Origin: Ferrovibrio terrae
Lineage (GTDB): Bacteria > Pseudomonadota > Alphaproteobacteria > Caulobacterales > Aquidulcibacteraceae
Direction of reading: 5' to 3'
DNA length: 64,000 bases
Assembly: GCA_943368895.1 (NCBI GenBank)
Contig: CALRLV020000001.1
Span: 861 to 64,860 of the forward strand
The notes under the pieces: generated by a model
Database searches by the model: none
The model's input: only the letters and a program-made list of their open reading frames with translations
What the model was told of the DNA's origin: nothing
In this document: positions 10,816 through 20,389 of the stretch, one piece after another
Position numbering within the stretch: position 1 is the first letter of the stretch
Layout: each line of letters starts with the position of its first letter
Translations under genes and position numbers: made by a program

Positions 10816-11571
10816 ATGGGCAATGGCACAGTACTTCCGACCTGGGCACAGGGGCTTTCAGGGCGTGTTGCCGTCGTAACCGGAGCCAGTCGAGGGCTGG
10901 GCTCTGCTATCGCCTTTTGCCTCGCAGAGGCAGGCGCAATAGTTCATGCAGTGGCTCGAAATAGTGCAGATTTGCAGGAGCTTGCGGATCAACACACCAA
11001 TATTCGGCCCATGGTCGGCGATGTAACCGATCTCCGATTCATAGAAGATTTGGTCAAAATGGAGATCGACATTCTGGTCAATAATGCTGGCATGAATCGT
11101 CCACTCTTGATCGAAGATGTCGATCTCGAAACGCTCGATAGGATGCTTGGCCTTAATGTGCGGGCCGCCTATTTGGTGGCCCAAGCGGCCGTAAAGGCGA
11201 TGTTGGCCCATGGACGTGGTGGCTCAATCATAAATATCACAAGCCAGATGGGCCACGTTGGGTCACCAAAGCGCACAGTTTATTGCATGACCAAACACGC
11301 GCTAGAAGGCTTGACCAAAGCCATGGCGGTAGAGCTCGCGCCTAAAGGCATACGCGTAAATTCTGTTGCGCCAACTTTCATTGAAACCCCCATGACAAAA
11401 CCAATGCTGGATGATCCTGCTTTCTTAAGCTTTGTCAAAAACATGATCCCGATGGGCAAGATGGGACATCCCGAAGATGTTGCAGCCGCAGTTTTATTCT
11501 TTGCGAGCCCCGCTGCCGGCATGGTCACGGGAACAAGCCTCCTCGTTGATGGCGGCTGGACGGCGCAATAA
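10816..11571 (+). CDS. SDR-family oxidoreductase
   Basis: TGASRGLG, NNAG, YCMTK (YxxxK) and VDGG motifs. Confidence 0.92.
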   Translation: MGNGTVLPTWAQGLSGRVAVVTGASRGLGSAIAFCLAEAGAIVHAVARNSADLQELADQHTNIRPMVGDVTDLRFIEDLVKMEIDILVNNAGMNRPLLIEDVDLETLDRMLGLNVRAAYLVAQAAVKAMLAHGRGGSIINITSQMGHVGSPKRTVYCMTKHALEGLTKAMAVELAPKGIRVNSVAPTFIETPMTKPMLDDPAFLSFVKNMIPMGKMGHPEDVAAAVLFFASPAAGMVTGTSLLVDGGWTAQ

Positions 11572-11573
11572 GC

Positions 11574-11612
11574 AAAAAAAGGGCTACCGTTTCTCAACGG
11601 CAGCCCTAGTTT
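11574..11612. terminator. Intrinsic terminator between convergent SDR and TBDR genes
   Basis: AGGGCTACCGTT/AACGGCAGCCCT stem with an adjacent A7 tract. Confidence 0.75.
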
Positions 11613-11629
11613 CCTGGGTTAGCTAAAGA

Positions 11630-14278
11630 TCAAAAGCGCAAGTTGGCCTTGATACCCCAGAGCTTAGGCGGCGCGTAGCTTGCCTGAAGGGCACCGCCGC
11701 CACCCCAAACAAAGCGGGTCGCTGTTGCCTCATCGGTGACATTGTTCACAAAGGCTGCAAAGGACAAATTGTCATTAACGTCCCACGTGACGCGGAGGTC
11801 CAATTTTGTGTAAGCGTCTTGCTTATCCAAAATCGAGTTGGCTGGTTGGCCGTAGAATCCGCTATTGAACGTAAACACGGCCAGTGGCGTTACTTGACCC
11901 AGTCCACCAAAGTCAAAGACATATTGAGCCGAGAAACTGCCCGAATAGTCAGACGCGTAAGGCAATTTCTTGCCTGTCAGATCACAACCAAATGCCAATG
12001 CTGGAGCCCCAACGGCACCCGTTCCAGTTCCCGGCACTGGACCACAATTATACCCTGGCGCGAAAACACGGCGTTGCCCCGCATTCGCAATCGTAATGCC
12101 GTTAACAACCGTAGGGGTCAGTTGCGTGGCGTCAGCCACGACGATGGAGGTCCCAAATGGCAAGGGCACATTTGTATAATCGGTATATTTTGCATCCAGA
12201 ACAGAGAGCGACAGGTTGAGGGTCAAATCATCGATCGGACGCCAGATGGCCTCGATCTCTGCACCCGTGGCTTCAGCCTTACCGCTATTCTCGATGATCG
12301 ATAGGGTCGTGTTACCAGCTGGGATCTGCCGCTGCTCTTGTAGGCTGTCATATTGATTGAAGAAGGCGGCAAGGTTCAGCTGCAACGTGTTGTCAAAGAA
12401 GCGGTTCTTACTGCCGACTTCAAATGCTGTGACTTCTTCGGGGTCGAAAGTTGGGGTCAAAGCAGCTTGGTTCTGACCCGAGTTAAACCCGCCTGACCGG
12501 AAGCCCGTCGAAATAGAGCCGTAAAACAGGTTATCTTCAGTGAGCTGGTAATCGGCGGCCAAGCGCCATGTCAGTTTTTCAAATTCAGCCGTATCGTAAG
12601 TCGCCCCGGTCAGTACCGCCCTGTTGGCATCCAAACAGGCAAATCCCGGCCGTGGCTGGATGACAGTTGCGGCAAAGACGCAATTGGTAGGAGCCCCCCT
12701 AGAACCAAAGGCGCTCGCCGGGATACCACCAGTAGCCAAAGTGATTGCTGTTCCAACAGGATTTGGAGGTGTTCCAGTCAGCGGTAAGACGGCTGCCGCA
12801 TTGGCGAACTTGAAGTCCTTGGTGTCGCGAGTGAACCGGAGGCCTGCTGTCAGCTTCAGGGCCTCTGTGACTGCATAACTTCCTTGTGCATAGGCAGCGA
12901 TGGACGTCGTATCGGCGCGCTGTTCATCATAGAAACCTGCCCCTGCAACCGGCAGAGAAACTGGTGCTCCAACCCCTCGAATGGTCCGTGGCACTTGTTC
13001 GTTGATGAAGACGCCGCGCAATTCGTCGTCAAAATAATAGGCACCAACAACATAGCTCAGTGGGCCCTCCCCGCGCGAAAGAAGCTGGAATTCTTGGCTA
13101 AAGGTTTTGGCCGAGGTGAGCTGATAGTCCGTGCCGATCGTGCTGGCCGAAAAGTCAGTATCCGAAGTGCGCACAGCTTCAAAGTCTGCAAAGCCCGTGA
13201 TGGACTTAAGCGTGAAGGAGCCAAACTCATAAGCAATATTCGCACTGGCGCCGGTTGAGGTCAGGTCGAGAATTGTCTTTTGATCGGTATCAATGGTGTA
13301 TGGGTCACCCGCGGCAAACAAAGGAATACCTGTATCAATGGTAAGGGGCGCATCGACAACACCGTCTCGGTTCCCGCCCCGCGTGTTCAAATTGCGGATG
13401 GGAGTCGCATTGAACAATTGTTGATTTGACGGGATATCAAAGAAGGTACCGGCAAGCTTGTAGCCAAACGCAGAGCCACCTGCACCACCGCGGGTTCCGC
13501 GGTCAATCTTGATGGTCGCCGTCAGTTTGTCGGTTGGTTTGAGCAGAAGGGCTGCCCGCATATAGCGCGTCTTCTCGTCAAACAGATTGTTGCCGCTCGG
13601 ATTGACGTTCTTTACATAACCATCATCGTCTTCAGACGCACCGCTAATGCGCAAAGCGGCTTTTTCCGAAATCGGGATATTTATAAAAGGCTCAATGCGA
13701 ACCTTGTTGTTCTCCCCGATTGTAACATCGAGTCCGCTCTTGAATTGTCCAATCCGAGGCTGGGCTGTCGCAATGGAAATATTGCCGCCAAATGTGTTGC
13801 GGCCATAAAGCGTACCTTGTGGCCCGCGTAAAACTTCAACGCGATCGAGGTCGACAAAGCCTAAAGTGGCCTGAGCTGCACGCGACTGATAAACGCCATC
13901 AATGAAGAAGCCGATCGTGGTGTCTCCATTAACGCCGACGTTTTCTGTGCGGACGCCGCGAATGGCCGGCCGAGCATCAACACCGGAGCGACCAAATGTT
14001 AGGCCCGGAACGGAGTTTTCGAGGCGCGACATATCCGTAAGACCACGCGCTTGGATTTGCGCTGCGCTAAAGGCAGATACGGAGAGGGGAACATTTTGTA
14101 GATTTTCTTCACGCCGTTGCGCCGTCACAACAACGGTTTCAATGCCGCGCTCAGGCTCCGCCGTTGCTTCAGCCGCACTCTGCTGAGCAAAACTCGGCGT
14201 AGCGACCATAAAGGCCAACCCGGAAATGGTTGCTAAAAGCGTTGTTTTTGTCGCGTGAGTGACGAAATTATTCAGCAT
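11630..14278 (-). CDS. TonB-dependent receptor
   Basis: Signal peptide, TonB box ETVVVTAQRRE, plug motif VEVLRGPQGTLYGRN and C-terminal Phe. Confidence 0.95.
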   Translation of the reverse strand: MLNNFVTHATKTTLLATISGLAFMVATPSFAQQSAAEATAEPERGIETVVVTAQRREENLQNVPLSVSAFSAAQIQARGLTDMSRLENSVPGLTFGRSGVDARPAIRGVRTENVGVNGDTTIGFFIDGVYQSRAAQATLGFVDLDRVEVLRGPQGTLYGRNTFGGNISIATAQPRIGQFKSGLDVTIGENNKVRIEPFINIPISEKAALRISGASEDDDGYVKNVNPSGNNLFDEKTRYMRAALLLKPTDKLTATIKIDRGTRGGAGGSAFGYKLAGTFFDIPSNQQLFNATPIRNLNTRGGNRDGVVDAPLTIDTGIPLFAAGDPYTIDTDQKTILDLTSTGASANIAYEFGSFTLKSITGFADFEAVRTSDTDFSASTIGTDYQLTSAKTFSQEFQLLSRGEGPLSYVVGAYYFDDELRGVFINEQVPRTIRGVGAPVSLPVAGAGFYDEQRADTTSIAAYAQGSYAVTEALKLTAGLRFTRDTKDFKFANAAAVLPLTGTPPNPVGTAITLATGGIPASAFGSRGAPTNCVFAATVIQPRPGFACLDANRAVLTGATYDTAEFEKLTWRLAADYQLTEDNLFYGSISTGFRSGGFNSGQNQAALTPTFDPEEVTAFEVGSKNRFFDNTLQLNLAAFFNQYDSLQEQRQIPAGNTTLSIIENSGKAEATGAEIEAIWRPIDDLTLNLSLSVLDAKYTDYTNVPLPFGTSIVVADATQLTPTVVNGITIANAGQRRVFAPGYNCGPVPGTGTGAVGAPALAFGCDLTGKKLPYASDYSGSFSAQYVFDFGGLGQVTPLAVFTFNSGFYGQPANSILDKQDAYTKLDLRVTWDVNDNLSFAAFVNNVTDEATATRFVWGGGGALQASYAPPKLWGIKANLRF

Positions 14279-14323
14279 CGCAAGGACCCCCTCGATTTTT
14301 CGAATGATAATATGATTGTATTA

Positions 14324-14338
14324 TGACTTCGAATGCAA
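14324..14338. promoter_or_regulatory. Candidate LacI operator 2
   Basis: TGACTTCGAATGCAA upstream of the TBDR. Confidence 0.65.
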
Positions 14339-14503
14339 GCGGAATTTAACAGGTCGACATGGTTTCGAGACGTGATTTGCGCTCCTGCTGCTTGAGAAAT
14401 CAACAAGTGTGGCAGAAATGCCCGCAATATGATCTAGGACCAAGCTCTATGAGGCATGTAAGACCCAGTCTTTGTCGCATGCGCATGCAAGACTGAGTCG
14501 GCG

Positions 14504-16108
14504 TTAGACAAGATACTCAAACAGAGCCAAGGCAATCAGCGTGACAAAGAGATAGACAATCAGCCAGAGGCTTTGCTTATCAATCGCCCCAGGCATCGTA
14601 TTCCAATTGCCATCGCGTAAGGGGCGACCTTCTGCAGCAAATCGGGCTCGCTGGCCGGGGACCGAATAGGGAGACCATTCTGCTTGCTTGCCGTCCAGAA
14701 TTCGGCTTGTGGTCCATCCGACTATCACGGTTGCAGCCCCGCCAATCAAACAATACCAAGGCCAAGCAATCGTAGTTTGGGTTGCCACGAACCAAATGAT
14801 CGCAAACCCCGCAACAACGCCAGCCATCAGCCCCCGTTCGGTTGTATGCTTTGAGAAGAAGCCTAGGCCATACATTCCAAGCTTCGCCCCGACAAAATAA
14901 CTGCCGATCTTGCTCAAGACTTCGAGAATTGATCCGTTAGATTGATCGTAGAGGATCGCTGGGCCGATGATGATGACAGCCCAAATTACGGTCGCAATAC
15001 GGGTAGCGCGAAGATAGTGCGCATCATCCCCATCTTTTTTGTAATAGCGCTGGTAGAAGTCGACGATGCTTGCCGTCGCCATTGAGTTAAAGGCCGAGCT
15101 TAATGTCGACATCGAAGCCGCCAAAACTGCAGCTGCAAGAATGCCCAATAGGCCTGGCACCCCGGACTCAGAGGCAAATTGGAGAATAATCTGGTTGGGT
15201 TCATCAAAGGGCTTGCCGTCATAATAGCCGTAAGCGAGCACGCCGATGAAGAAGAAGAGAAAATAGATCGGAAAGGCGGCATAACCCATCAACAGATAGG
15301 ACTTCTTCGCATCTCCGATATTTTTAGCTCCCAGCGTGCGCTGAACCATCATCTGGTTCGCGCCATAAACGGTGATGTGAAACAGGGTCATGCCAAAAAG
15401 GCCAGAATATATGGTCGTCGCAACAGTGGGGTCAGGCGTGAAGTCAATCGCGCTGAGCCGCCCCAATTCCTTGAGATTTGCCAGAACTTCGCCGACAGGT
15501 GTCGGCATAGAAACGAAAAGAGCAATCAGAATGACGATCGCACCACCAAACAGCACCGCTGCTTGAAAGACATCTGTCCAGATAACGGCCAGCATACCTC
15601 CCATGGTGGTGTAAATCAAAGCCATAATGGTCACGATGACCACAGCCATGGGGATGGACATCCCGGTTATGAACTTCAATACAAGCGCTGTCGCAAAGAG
15701 GATCGCGCCGGTTGAGAGCCCCTGTGTCACCAAGAATATAGTTGACATGACGGCCCGACTTAATTGTCCAAACCGCCGTTCTTGATATTCATAAATCGAG
15801 GCGACGCCACTCATATAAAAGAACGGCAAGAAGAACCCGGTCACTAAAATGATGACAATCGGATAGTTCAAATGGATGGCTAGCGCCGCTAGCCCGTCCT
15901 TATAGGCCCAAGCAGGCGCGCCTAGAAAGGAAAGGGCGCTGATATAGGTCGCAATTACCGATAAGCCGATTGCCCACCAAGGTGTATTTCCACTACCCAA
16001 ATTGAACTCTTTGGCAGTGGTTACCTTTCGACTTAAGAAATAGCCAAGCACCAGATTGCCAACCAAAAAAGCAATTACGATCGCCCAATCGAGTGCCTGA
16101 AATTTCAT
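14504..16108 (-). CDS. Sodium:solute symporter (SSS family)
   Basis: Multi-TM protein with PWWAIGLS, SIYEYQERRFG, GGMLAVIWTD and AASMSTLSS motifs. Confidence 0.92.
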   Translation of the reverse strand: MKFQALDWAIVIAFLVGNLVLGYFLSRKVTTAKEFNLGSGNTPWWAIGLSVIATYISALSFLGAPAWAYKDGLAALAIHLNYPIVIILVTGFFLPFFYMSGVASIYEYQERRFGQLSRAVMSTIFLVTQGLSTGAILFATALVLKFITGMSIPMAVVIVTIMALIYTTMGGMLAVIWTDVFQAAVLFGGAIVILIALFVSMPTPVGEVLANLKELGRLSAIDFTPDPTVATTIYSGLFGMTLFHITVYGANQMMVQRTLGAKNIGDAKKSYLLMGYAAFPIYFLFFFIGVLAYGYYDGKPFDEPNQIILQFASESGVPGLLGILAAAVLAASMSTLSSAFNSMATASIVDFYQRYYKKDGDDAHYLRATRIATVIWAVIIIGPAILYDQSNGSILEVLSKIGSYFVGAKLGMYGLGFFSKHTTERGLMAGVVAGFAIIWFVATQTTIAWPWYCLIGGAATVIVGWTTSRILDGKQAEWSPYSVPGQRARFAAEGRPLRDGNWNTMPGAIDKQSLWLIVYLFVTLIALALFEYLV

Positions 16109-16134
16109 TTTATGCCCCCAATATTTGCATCAGC

Positions 16135-17130
16135 CTAAAGGCCTGCAAATATATCAATATCGAACTGCCTCAGCAGATCGATCATGTCGATAAAGACCCA
16201 GTTTTCACTGAGGAAGTCACCCTCGCGGCGCCAGAAATCCATAACGCGCATGGTAATGCGCTTGTTAGTCGCCGGAATCCCTAACCACCCGTAGCCCAAA
16301 TGCGTCGCGTTTATGCTGGGCCAACCTGAGGAAGCCACAAAAAGACCATCGCCAATGCGGCACCGATGATTGCCGCCGATGCGATCAGGAAATGCCGTCA
16401 GGAAGGGTTGTTGGTGAGCCCGCTCATAGTCCTGATGCCCGCGAGCGCTACCAATGCCGCCGGGCCCGTACCAATGAAATTGGGGGGTCCAGAAGCGGGT
16501 CATGCCCATGCTTTTCAATGACTTGCCGTCATAACTCATGAGGCCGGCAATCATCGCTTCAACCAATTTTAGGCTTTTTTCGCTCTCTGAAGTCTCCGAC
16601 AAGCCAAGGTGCAGGCCGTCTTGGGCAGAAGGTGCCGGCGACCACACTTCACCCAATTGTGCCCGAACCGGCCAAACGCCGCATTCAATCATCAGCCTTG
16701 CTATATCGAGGATGACGATGCTCTCAACAACTTGCCCATTCTCAATCCGCTCGAACCAGCCAAAGCGAAGCCATTGGGGACGATGTGTCGGCTTAATGCC
16801 GAAAAAATCCTTTTCAAACTTACCAATGAGCCAGCCGTAACTTGCAATCCAATCGCCCCCTTTGAACTCGCCCTGCATCAAAATGTCAGTCCGGCGTTCC
16901 AAGTTTGAGAAAGACGCTAAAATGGGCGCGAGGAAGCCTTCATAAATGGCGTCCCGTCCAATCAACGCGTCGCCTTCGGCGCGGTCAAACGGGGCACACA
17001 CCGACATGACACAGTTTGGGGCGTATAGCTGGTTCAAGAGGCTAGACGCACTAAGGCTCAGATCACGGTTCGCATCGATCACGCGCCAGTAGTCAAGCTT
17101 GAGGTTTTTTGGATCGTTCATCCAAAGCAT
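16135..17130 (-). CDS. SnoaL-like ester cyclase, tandem NTF2-like domains
   Basis: AFPD, ATHLG..WLGIPATNKRITMRVMDFWR and ENWVFID features; the start may be at 17121. Confidence 0.75.
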   Translation of the reverse strand: MLWMNDPKNLKLDYWRVIDANRDLSLSASSLLNQLYAPNCVMSVCAPFDRAEGDALIGRDAIYEGFLAPILASFSNLERRTDILMQGEFKGGDWIASYGWLIGKFEKDFFGIKPTHRPQWLRFGWFERIENGQVVESIVILDIARLMIECGVWPVRAQLGEVWSPAPSAQDGLHLGLSETSESEKSLKLVEAMIAGLMSYDGKSLKSMGMTRFWTPQFHWYGPGGIGSARGHQDYERAHQQPFLTAFPDRIGGNHRCRIGDGLFVASSGWPSINATHLGYGWLGIPATNKRITMRVMDFWRREGDFLSENWVFIDMIDLLRQFDIDIFAGL

Positions 17131-17132
17131 AT

Positions 17133-17147
17133 TGACTTCGAATGCAA
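17133..17147. promoter_or_regulatory. Candidate LacI operator 3
   Basis: TGACTTCGAATGCAA between the divergent SnoaL and cupin genes. Confidence 0.65.
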
Positions 17148-17227
17148 CGGTCGTAAACCCTTATTTTGAAGCAGGTGGCTTTTGGGATGTTCAAAGTGCC
17201 TGTGGATTGACAGGCTATAAGGATTGG

Positions 17228-18178
17228 ATGGGTTGGGTGGATCAGGATTTTGCTTCTATGTCCCGCGATGGTCTGCGTCCCTTAAGCGCTAATGAGTGGG
17301 AAGCGCGATTGGTGCGCTACGTAGACCTGCGTCCGTGTTACAATGCTTTCATTGATTGCCGCTCACCGGGTTCGGAAGCAAAAGAGAATTTCACTATTAT
17401 TGGCCCAGGTGTCTCTGAAAACCCCGATCAATATGTCCATATTGCCGAACCACATGGCTTCAATATTGGTGGTGCCCGACAACCCCCTGCTTGTGTCAAC
17501 TCCCAACATAGCCATGATACGGCGGAAGTATTTCTGGTTCATACCGGACACTGGCGCTTTGATTTGGGCGAAAAGGGTCAAGATGCCCAAGTCGAAATGG
17601 GGCCCGGAGATGTCATTTCGATCCCGACAGGCATGTTTCGTGGCTTTACCAATATTGGCACAGACATTGGGTTCCTATGGGCAGTATTGGGGGAGGATGA
17701 TCCGGGTCGCGTTCTCTGGGCGCCGGATGTTTTCAAATTGGCCCGAAAGCATGGTCTTGTCTTGTTAGAGACCGGTCAATTAATCGATACTGTGGCAGGC
17801 CAAACGGTGCCAGCCGATGCCGCCATCATGCCCGAAACAACCGCACAGCAAGTTGCATCTCTCCATGTCGCCACACAGGCCGAAGCGGAATCATTTGTTG
17901 TAAAGGCAAGACCGGGCACATTTCCGATCATCGACAAAGACGGAGCTTTGCGCGGAGAGCATGGTTTCAGCCTGTCTCAAGTTTCATTGAAAGAGGGGCA
18001 AAGGCTTGAAGAAGTAGCCGGTGCTGTGATCTTTGTTCACAATGGTGCGCTGACGCTGACGTGCGAAAATGGCCCCTTGATCGTGCAGATTGGCGATTCA
18101 TTGTCTGTGCCTCTCCAACAGGAACCCACGATAACTGCCAACCAGGACAGCGTTATTCACGTCGTCAAAAAGGTATAA
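17228..18178 (+). CDS. Cupin-domain protein
   Basis: HSHDTAEVF...GPGDVISIPTGMFRGF cupin motifs; start uncertain. Confidence 0.75.
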   Translation: MGWVDQDFASMSRDGLRPLSANEWEARLVRYVDLRPCYNAFIDCRSPGSEAKENFTIIGPGVSENPDQYVHIAEPHGFNIGGARQPPACVNSQHSHDTAEVFLVHTGHWRFDLGEKGQDAQVEMGPGDVISIPTGMFRGFTNIGTDIGFLWAVLGEDDPGRVLWAPDVFKLARKHGLVLLETGQLIDTVAGQTVPADAAIMPETTAQQVASLHVATQAEAESFVVKARPGTFPIIDKDGALRGEHGFSLSQVSLKEGQRLEEVAGAVIFVHNGALTLTCENGPLIVQIGDSLSVPLQQEPTITANQDSVIHVVKKV

Positions 18179-18185
18179 TGCCGCA

Positions 18186-19250
18186 ATGAGTGCTTTAGGC
18201 CTCTATGGTCGCGACATAGCTGATCTCCTTGCGCCACAAGGCGAGCGTCGGCAGCCTATGAAAGGCTATGACGAAATTTATGTAGATATCGTCGACTATA
18301 TCATCCGTTGCACGCACCGGATTTGGGAAGAAAAGGATATTGGGCTCATCGCGACCCATTACAGTCAGGATTGTCCCATTCATCTTATGAGTGGCGATGT
18401 CGCTGGCGTTGAAGGTGTAATCGCGGGAACGCTTAGGACCTTGAACAGTTTTCCCGATCGAACTCTGGTAGGGGAAGCCGTTATTTGGTCTGGAAATGAA
18501 GTAGCCGGCTATCATTCTTCCCATCGCATCACGAGCCACGCTACCCATCAAGGTGACGGGGAATTTGGGCCACCAACCGGACGCAGAGTTTGCTTCACCA
18601 CGATTGCGGATTGCTTGTGCCTCGAGAACCGCATTGTTGAAGAATGGCTCGTGCGGGATAATGCCAAAATTGCGCGAGACTTGGGGACGAGCGCAAAGGC
18701 TTTGGGCGAGGCCCAAGCCAAGGTCTTGCCGGCTGCCCAAGCAGGCATTGCTGACTGGCGTGCAAAAGCCATAGACGAAGTGCTTTGCCAAGAGGCAGTG
18801 GACTTTTCGACTCCATCGTTTCCAAATCCAGCCATGGATCCTGAAGAGTTTGCCCGCTTAGTGTTCCAACAAATTTGGAACTTGCGTCGATTGTCGCGGG
18901 TTAGGGAAGTCTATGCACCTCATGCGCATTGGGCAGGACCAGATGCCCGATTGCTGTTTGGCCATGGTGAAATAACGGGTTGGATCGGCGCATTATTATC
19001 GATGTCAAAGGGTGCGCGCATTCGCGTTGACCATGTCGGCTCGGTCACCGAAGGCCCATTTACCGACATTGCGGTGCGTTGGAGCTTTGCCGGAACCCAT
19101 GACAGTACGGGACTATATGGGCCACCAAGCCATGCACCGCTCTATATTCTGGCAATTAGCCATTGGCGCACTTTGAACGGCGTGATCGTTGAGGAGACAA
19201 CCATTTTTGACGAGATCGCCCTCTGGCATCAAATCAGTGGGGGCGCATAG
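18186..19250 (+). CDS. SnoaL/NTF2-family protein (two domains)
   Basis: HRIWEEK, SFPD, THQGDGEFGPPTGR and IVEEWLVRD; second domain RWSFAGTH. Confidence 0.75.
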   Translation: MSALGLYGRDIADLLAPQGERRQPMKGYDEIYVDIVDYIIRCTHRIWEEKDIGLIATHYSQDCPIHLMSGDVAGVEGVIAGTLRTLNSFPDRTLVGEAVIWSGNEVAGYHSSHRITSHATHQGDGEFGPPTGRRVCFTTIADCLCLENRIVEEWLVRDNAKIARDLGTSAKALGEAQAKVLPAAQAGIADWRAKAIDEVLCQEAVDFSTPSFPNPAMDPEEFARLVFQQIWNLRRLSRVREVYAPHAHWAGPDARLLFGHGEITGWIGALLSMSKGARIRVDHVGSVTEGPFTDIAVRWSFAGTHDSTGLYGPPSHAPLYILAISHWRTLNGVIVEETTIFDEIALWHQISGGA

Positions 19251-19255
19251 CTTCC

Positions 19256-19981
19256 ATGACACTCGCCGAAATGCTAACCGAGCTGTACGCCAACGAGAAT
19301 ATTGGAGCCTTTGATGGCCTTTATTTGCACCGTGCAGTCCGCCGCCGTCGCGGCGAGCTCATATTTGGGCGAGACGCCATTCGCCAACAGATACTCGCTG
19401 ACTTGGCACGTTTCGCTGGTTGGCGCTTCAATATCAACGTTAGCACAGACGAGTTTGCCGACGTCGCATGGATATCGGCAGACGGAACAACGGTACGCCG
19501 CCATTACTGGATCAAGCTCGAGAATGGCAGAATTGCTTTTGAAGCCATCCTTACGCGCCCCCCTCACCAAGAGCGCCTGCACCAACACCATTCGCTTCTG
19601 GGTGAGCTCGACTCCGGCAAAGGGCAAACTGGGCCTGCGGAGTTAAGTGGATTCAGCGCGACCGCCGAATATCTCCATAAAATCTGGAATTTCCGGTCAA
19701 TTTCAAGCATTTCAGACCTTTACCAAGGTGAGGCCCACTGGAGCGGACCAGATGCTGAAGGTGGACCCCAAGAACTCAAGGCGTGGTGGCTTCAACAATT
19801 CCTAGAATATCCTCGGTCCCACATCACATTTGAACGGGAAATCGCTTTTGAGAATAACTTAGCCTTGCAATGGCAATGGGCCCGTATCGACATAAACGGG
19901 AATCGCGACAGGGTTGCGGGCAGCACTTGTCTGCGATTGGACAGCGGCAAAGTCATCGAAGAAGTTCTGCTGACGGATTAG
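19256..19981 (+). CDS. NTF2/SnoaL-like protein
   Basis: GRDAIR, GRIAFE and GKVIEE strand ends typical of the NTF2 fold; lies directly after the previous gene. Confidence 0.55.
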   Translation: MTLAEMLTELYANENIGAFDGLYLHRAVRRRRGELIFGRDAIRQQILADLARFAGWRFNINVSTDEFADVAWISADGTTVRRHYWIKLENGRIAFEAILTRPPHQERLHQHHSLLGELDSGKGQTGPAELSGFSATAEYLHKIWNFRSISSISDLYQGEAHWSGPDAEGGPQELKAWWLQQFLEYPRSHITFEREIAFENNLALQWQWARIDINGNRDRVAGSTCLRLDSGKVIEEVLLTD

Positions 19982-20180
19982 GTTATTCTTAAAAGGCGAT
20001 CTCGGAAAAGCTCAAGTCAATCAGCCTTGAAAGATTGTGCCAGTGAACCCACCCTCTCCGCACGCTAACGCCCACAGTTTTGTCAGAGCTCTCTTTAATT
20101 AGCCAAAACACCGATTGTTTCCACTCGCAGCGCTATTGCAGGACCACTTTCAAACCAAAGAAAGGTTGCATTTGACTGGA

Positions 20181-20236
20181 TTTGGCCGACAGGAGCTGGT
20201 CTGCTTTGGGGGCGTTGCTGGCGAAAGCGGACGTTT
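20181..20236. repeat. Right-half copy of the palindromic element
   Basis: TTTGGCCGACAGGAGCTGGTCTGCTTTGGGGGC...GGCGAAAGCGGACGTT. Confidence 0.8.
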
Positions 20237-20389
20237 AAAGGCGGTCCAAAGCGAATTTGTCTGTCGCCAGCTGTATTGGAAGTGATGTGTTCTAGACGGA
20301 ATTCGACCTACGGCGCCAATTATCCAGTTATGCCTAAAATTGGCCGAAGGCAGTCATCGCTTAGGTTCATCGGCGACGAACTCACGATC

